The position numbers and the translations under genes were made by a program. This document shows positions 58,901 to 64,000 of a stretch of 64,000 nt of DNA, in pieces. Each line of letters opens with the position of its first letter. Within the stretch, counting starts at the first letter, position 1. The notes beneath the pieces are model-generated. The model did no database searches, was not told where the DNA came from, and saw only the letters and a program-made list of their open reading frames with translations. This DNA is from Paramoeba atlantica (lineage: Eukaryota > Protista > Discosea): positions 1 through 64,000 of the forward strand of contig CDRNVI010000225.1 in assembly GCA_977017575.1 (NCBI GenBank), written 5' to 3'.

Positions 58901-61900
58901 AGACAAGTCTGAATTCGCCAAATCCCAATTCAAAGTAGTCACAGTAACATCTGTCTCTGCATACAACTCAACACTGCACATAGTCATTTTGTTCATTGGT
59001 ACAGAAATTGGAGAATAAAAGGCGCGACTGAGAGAATGCGGATTAATAGGTTTAACATACATTTTCACATTGTTCCATGTACTCTCTATGAAAGATGCAC
59101 CCCAAATTGCGATATTATAAACGAAACTCTCATTAAAATCCAATACAAGTAGCCAGAGAACATCTGTCCACACGCTTTTATCGAAAAGAGTATTTTGAAG
59201 ATACAGAATTTGACCAAAACCAACTTCCATTATACCATTTGCTTCAATTCTCCACTGACAAAAAGTACTTCGAGAAAAATCAATGTTCTTTAAGTGAAAA
59301 ATAGAACCTTGTGAACTATCAATATCAGAAGAGGAGTAAATTTGAAAATCCCGGAAGTCACAATCAGTAAAAATCAGTGGGTCAGCCTCAGAAATATTGT
59401 AGAGTGGAGTACTACCATCAAATTGTCCGAAAACAACAACGCCAACGTTTGGAGCATTGGAGCTAAAACTTGCTGTGCTGTTGATCAAAACATCATCAAA
59501 GATAGAAAAAGAAAAATTTGTTTTTCCTCCTGCCATGTAGAATGGAGAAAGAGCACAAGATACACAAGAATCTGCAGAGTAAGAACCATCAAAAATGAAA
59601 TGAACAGTTTTCCAGTAAGAGAAAGGAGCAACGATATCCAAAAACACAACCCCCCAAACTGGCTTTTTTGGAGAAGGAAAGGGATTGAGCAGATTTAATG
59701 CCTGTAAGTCCCCAGAAACTCGAAAAGTTGTCTCTAACCAACGCGCATTTGAAACATCACAATCATACCAAATAATTGCACCAACTCGCATTCCGTCAAT
59801 ATTTCCTCCATCCAACTTGACCTCTCCATCCATCTTAAAAAGGCAATTCGTAAAAACTACATTGCTAAAAATGGTGTCCTGCAAAAAAAGGCCACTGATA
59901 AACTCATAGTTATCTTCAGTTACATTTAAGTAATAACTGGAGTTAGTTTCAATGGTTACACTTTCCCAACTCGCTTCAGCAAAGTCACAATTAACAATCC
60001 CAACACCACCTCGACTAACAAATCCAGAAGATAAAAATGTTCTTGCTCCACCAACCGAAATAACTACAGAATTCCATTCAACATTGTAAAAAGAAGATTC
60101 TTCAAAGAGAATGAGGAAATCAGGAGATCCAACAATAATGTTATTCTCCACGGATCCAACAACAATTGAGGTATCATCCCACACTGAATGGTCAAAGGTT
60201 GATTTGGTTATTCTGACTGCTGAGATTGCATAAAATTCACATGAGTCAAATGTTGCTAAAAGAAATGTTGAAGAGTCAATCGTAATGTTGTTGCACTCTG
60301 GGAATACCACGTTGGTAAAAGAGACACCAGTGTAGTTTTCTTCAATCATATCACAAGAAGGCCACACACACCCTATTTATTGTGGAAAAGAATTTTTAAA
60401 AATTTAATGGTGTTCAACACAACCTTTCTCAAAAAAAAAATTATCTGATATGATAATATTAAATATTATTAAAGAAAAAGAGAACCAAAATGAACAGTGT
60501 CCCCAATTACACATTCAGCAGAGGGAGAAGGCGAAGGCGAAGGTGAAGGTGCAGGCGAAGGCGGCGGGGGGAAAGCGAGACAAAAACCAGAATTGGGAGC
60601 AGATGAATCAGGAGAGAGATAAGGACAATCTGAAATTCGCTGAAAAATTTCTTCTGAGCTACAATTTCCTTTCTCTGATTCTTCAATCCCATTTACCTCC
60701 ACATTACAGAGAATTTTTGCATTCTCAACATTGACGTTTTGAAGAGAATTCGCAAGATCAACTTCAACAAGAGAGGAATTCCCAAAACCGACTGAGAGTA
60801 AATCACCACCCTCTACAACATCAAGACGCCAACCAGAAATTTCTGAGAAAGTTAAATCCCAACGCATTTGACAATCAAACCCCGTATCATTGATAGTTGA
60901 GTGCATCTCAACACCGCACATTATCATGGGATCCATTGGTGTTACAACAAAAATCTCAAAGGCGCGGCCAATAATACTATCGACACCAGTATGATGCACA
61001 TACATCTTCACATTATTCCACGAACTATTTGAGAGGGTGATATCGTCCATGAAAACTGCATAAGTATAACGAACTCCGTCAAAGTCGAATTCAGCCAACC
61101 AGAGAACATCTGACCAAACAGTTCTGTCAAAATAAGAAGGTTCCAACATTGAAATCCACGCATTCCATAGAGTAACGGTCTCCAATGAACCGTGTCCCTC
61201 AATTGTCCACCGACAAAACGTGCTATCACGAAAATCAACTCTTTCGAAGAGAATCGGGCGGGGCTTTAATGTACATCTAATCTCAGTGTCGTGATAGATC
61301 TTGAAGTCTCGAAAATCACAATTAGAAAAATCCAAAGTCCCAGATTCAGAAATATTGTATACTGGATCGTTCATCACACCAAATACAACAACTGTCATGT
61401 CTGAGGTGGCTGAACTTTCCTCGACATATTCTGCAGTGCAGTTAATTAAAACATCATCAAACACAGAAGAAGAGAAATTGGTTCCATCCCCGACTCCAAA
61501 ATGGAATGGGATCAAAACACATTCAATACATTCAAATGATGCAGAAAATGATCCATCAAGAAGAAAGTCAACCGATTCCCAAGTCGACTCAGGTGCATAC
61601 ATTTCCAAAAATGCAATTCCCCAAATAGGTCTTTTCTTTGAACCTGTTGTCACATTTTGCCCTTTCAAATCACCAGCAACATGAATAGTTGTCTCGTACC
61701 AATGCGAATTTGTTGCATCACAATCATACCATATTATCGCGCCCAATCTCATAGCATCACTCTCAATCCCATTGAATGAGATCTCTCCATCCATCTTAAA
61801 GAGACAATTCTTAAATACTGCGTTTCGGAAAGTGGTCTCTTGGAAGAAAATACCACTGATAAACTCATAGTTATCTTCAGAAGCTGCCAATTCATAAGTC

Positions 61901-64000
61901 GAATCAGTTTCAATAATCACACTGACCCAATTCGCTTCATCAAAATCACAATCCACAATTCCAACACCTCCTCGACTGACAAATCCTGAAGATGTAAAGG
62001 TTCTTGATCCACCAACTATAATCCTCGTGGTAATCCAAGCAGTATCATAGAAAGAAGATTCTTCAATGAGAACAAGGAAATCAGGAAGAGGAGTTTCAGA
62101 AGAAACATTGGTAACAATAATTGAAGAGTCAGTCCAAACAGAGTGATCAAAGGTCGATTTGGTGATGATCACTTCAGAATTTGCATAGAATTCACAAAAA
62201 TCAAAAGTAGCTGAAACAAAGATTGAGGAATCAATTGTGATCTTGTCACAATCAGGGAATGTCACATTGATGAAAGAGACGTCAGTGTAGTTTTCTCCGA
62301 TAATATCACAAGAAGGCCATACACAATCTGAAAAAAGAAAATTATTGTCAGAAAGGGGAAAAATTCATCTTGGGAAAAAAACTTGAAGGAGAACTTGAAG
62401 AATCTCCAATCGTACAAAAAGCCGTGTTGGTTGGAGAAACGAAGACGAGAACCACCACAAAAGAAAGAAACAGAAGGGGAGAAGAATGTTGTCGTAGCAT
62501 CTGGGCCTTATTTGAAAAAAGAAAGAAGAAAGAAAGAAGGCGGTTCAAGTCAAAAGAAAAGAGAGAGAGAAGAGAGGGAAGAAGGAAGAAAAGAGAAAGC
62601 AAAAGCTTTCTACTCTTTTGTGGAGAAAAAAAGGAACGTTGGTTTGATCCCACAAGGAATAATCCCAAAAATTGTGAACGAACTGTGCGATTTTTTAAAA
62701 AACTTCCTTTTTCGGTTTTTTGACCAGATTTCTCCGACTGATCTTCCAGATTGAGTGTTGTGTGGTTCGATTCCCAACAAGGAAAGCTTTTTTGGTCTAT
62801 TATTTATTCATCAATCAAGGTTTTTTTCAACCAAAATAATTTGGAGCAAAAGAAACTGGGCCAGTAGTAAAGGAGTTTGGGTTTCCACAACCAAAAAGAT
62901 CGAAACTAACATCAATGTCCGTGCTTTGGACTACTTTTCCACTTTCCACATCAATCTGGTAGAAAACTTTCGTCTTTTCAATGAAATAGGCATTGCTCAC
63001 ATAATAAAACTGACCCAGGGAACCACTGGCGACATCAAAATCACCAGGAGGAGCATATCCAACAGGGGCATCAAAAAAAGCAACTTGGTCAGCATTTCCA
63101 GATACATCTTCAGAACCTGAGAGAAACAAACGAAAAAATGTGTGTCATGTGTGATATTGTCCATTGAAAGGAGGAAAAAACAAAACCTGAATAAGGAGTT
63201 GCACCACTATCAGTTGTATAATAAAAAATCGTGGAAATGTCTTGTGTGCTTGGAAGAACTGTAGTGCTTTGCCAAAGGTTGGCAACTTGATCCAAAAGAA
63301 CCACATCTACAAAAGAAATTGAAAAAATCAATCAAAGATTAAAGAAAAAATTAAAATTCAAAAAAAAAAAACTGGTTGAGAACCATGAATGAGACCAGTC
63401 AGTGATTCAAGACCCATCATACAATGAGGGACTGCTGATTGCCCAAACCAACCGCATTGTTGACTGTAATTGCCACTTTGTCCATTTGTGACTTGAAACC
63501 AAACAACTCCATCTGAAAATGTTGAATTATTATGTGAACCATGAACATAAAAAAACCAACTTTAAAGAAGATTCTTGTGACTTCAAAAAAAAAAAAAGAG
63601 AGAGGAACCTGGAGAAAGGGTCTGTTGTGTCGAACCCATCCCCAAAAAAAACATGGACACGTCTAAAAGGGGAGAAAAATTGCCTATTCTCTCAATTCTT
63701 CAGAATCTTCTCTCAAAGAGTTCTCTGAAAAAAAAAAAAAGAACCAGAGGGGAGCTCAATAATTCCATACGTAAAGCCCATCATTGCCAACAAAACACCA
63801 GAGGGATGGTAAAGGATCCAAGAAAAGGAGAACAATTCTCAAAAAAGAGGGGAAAAAAACTTAGGAACACAAAAAAAAACAACTCGAAACAAATTGATGA
63901 AAGGAATAGAGAGTTACTGGGGTCAAGAGAAACATTGAGATATTGCTTTCCATGATTTGAAAGATCAAACGCTCGAAGGACACCCCCGTAAGTTGCTCCC
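52636..64000 (-). CDS. Giant polycystin-1/REJ-like surface protein (over 3,300 aa, 5' end outside the window): three tandem pentapeptide-like modules, Ser-Pro stalk, REJ-like region, GPS, one TM
   Basis: Exons 63384-63512, 63187-63306, 62832-63116, 60486-62327, 58606-60372 and 52636-58475 all join in frame through phase-1 GT-AG introns. [23 protein letters not shown] (REJ-like). [21 protein letters not shown] (GPS). [23 protein letters not shown]. Confidence 0.88.
55345..56700 (-). repeat. Coding (Ser-Pro)n repeat stalk of about 450 aa
   Basis: SPSPSP... within the 1969-aa ORF. Includes a near-exact 60-bp tandem duplication at about 55921-56040. Confidence 0.95.

Overview
This window is the left end of a chromosome from an AT-rich, intron-rich eukaryote. 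The organism cannot be identified from the sequence; the gene content suggests a protist. It has three zones. (1) 1-447: a (CCCTAAA)n telomere. (2) About 1-17 kb: a transposon graveyard. A decayed chromodomain-bearing Ty3/Gypsy element carries nested insertions with target-site duplications (TSDs): a tRNA-headed SINE of about 420 bp and an L1-like LINE (APE-RT-zf-archaeal-type RNase H plus an unrecognised C-terminal domain). A second, related LINE family follows. Repeat copies differ almost only by C/T and G/A transitions, many outside CpG, and I saw no CG dinucleotide from about 13.3 to 19.7 kb. (3) About 18.5-64 kb: host genes, mostly for surface, receptor or glycosylation proteins. In order: an ankyrin gene with one 102-nt repeat per phase-0 exon; a GT47 exostosin-like glycosyltransferase; a Cys-rich 7TM protein head-to-head with a predicted GPI-anchored triple Venus-flytrap protein; a small unknown protein; an allene-oxide-cyclase/dirigent-like barrel protein; a MYND-RING-CUE-like-Smr protein; a highly fragmented fucosyltransferase; and a REJ/GPS single-pass protein of more than 3,300 aa with a Ser-Pro stalk, whose gene runs off the window end. 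Gene models, domain calls and counts were made by eye and need computational confirmation.
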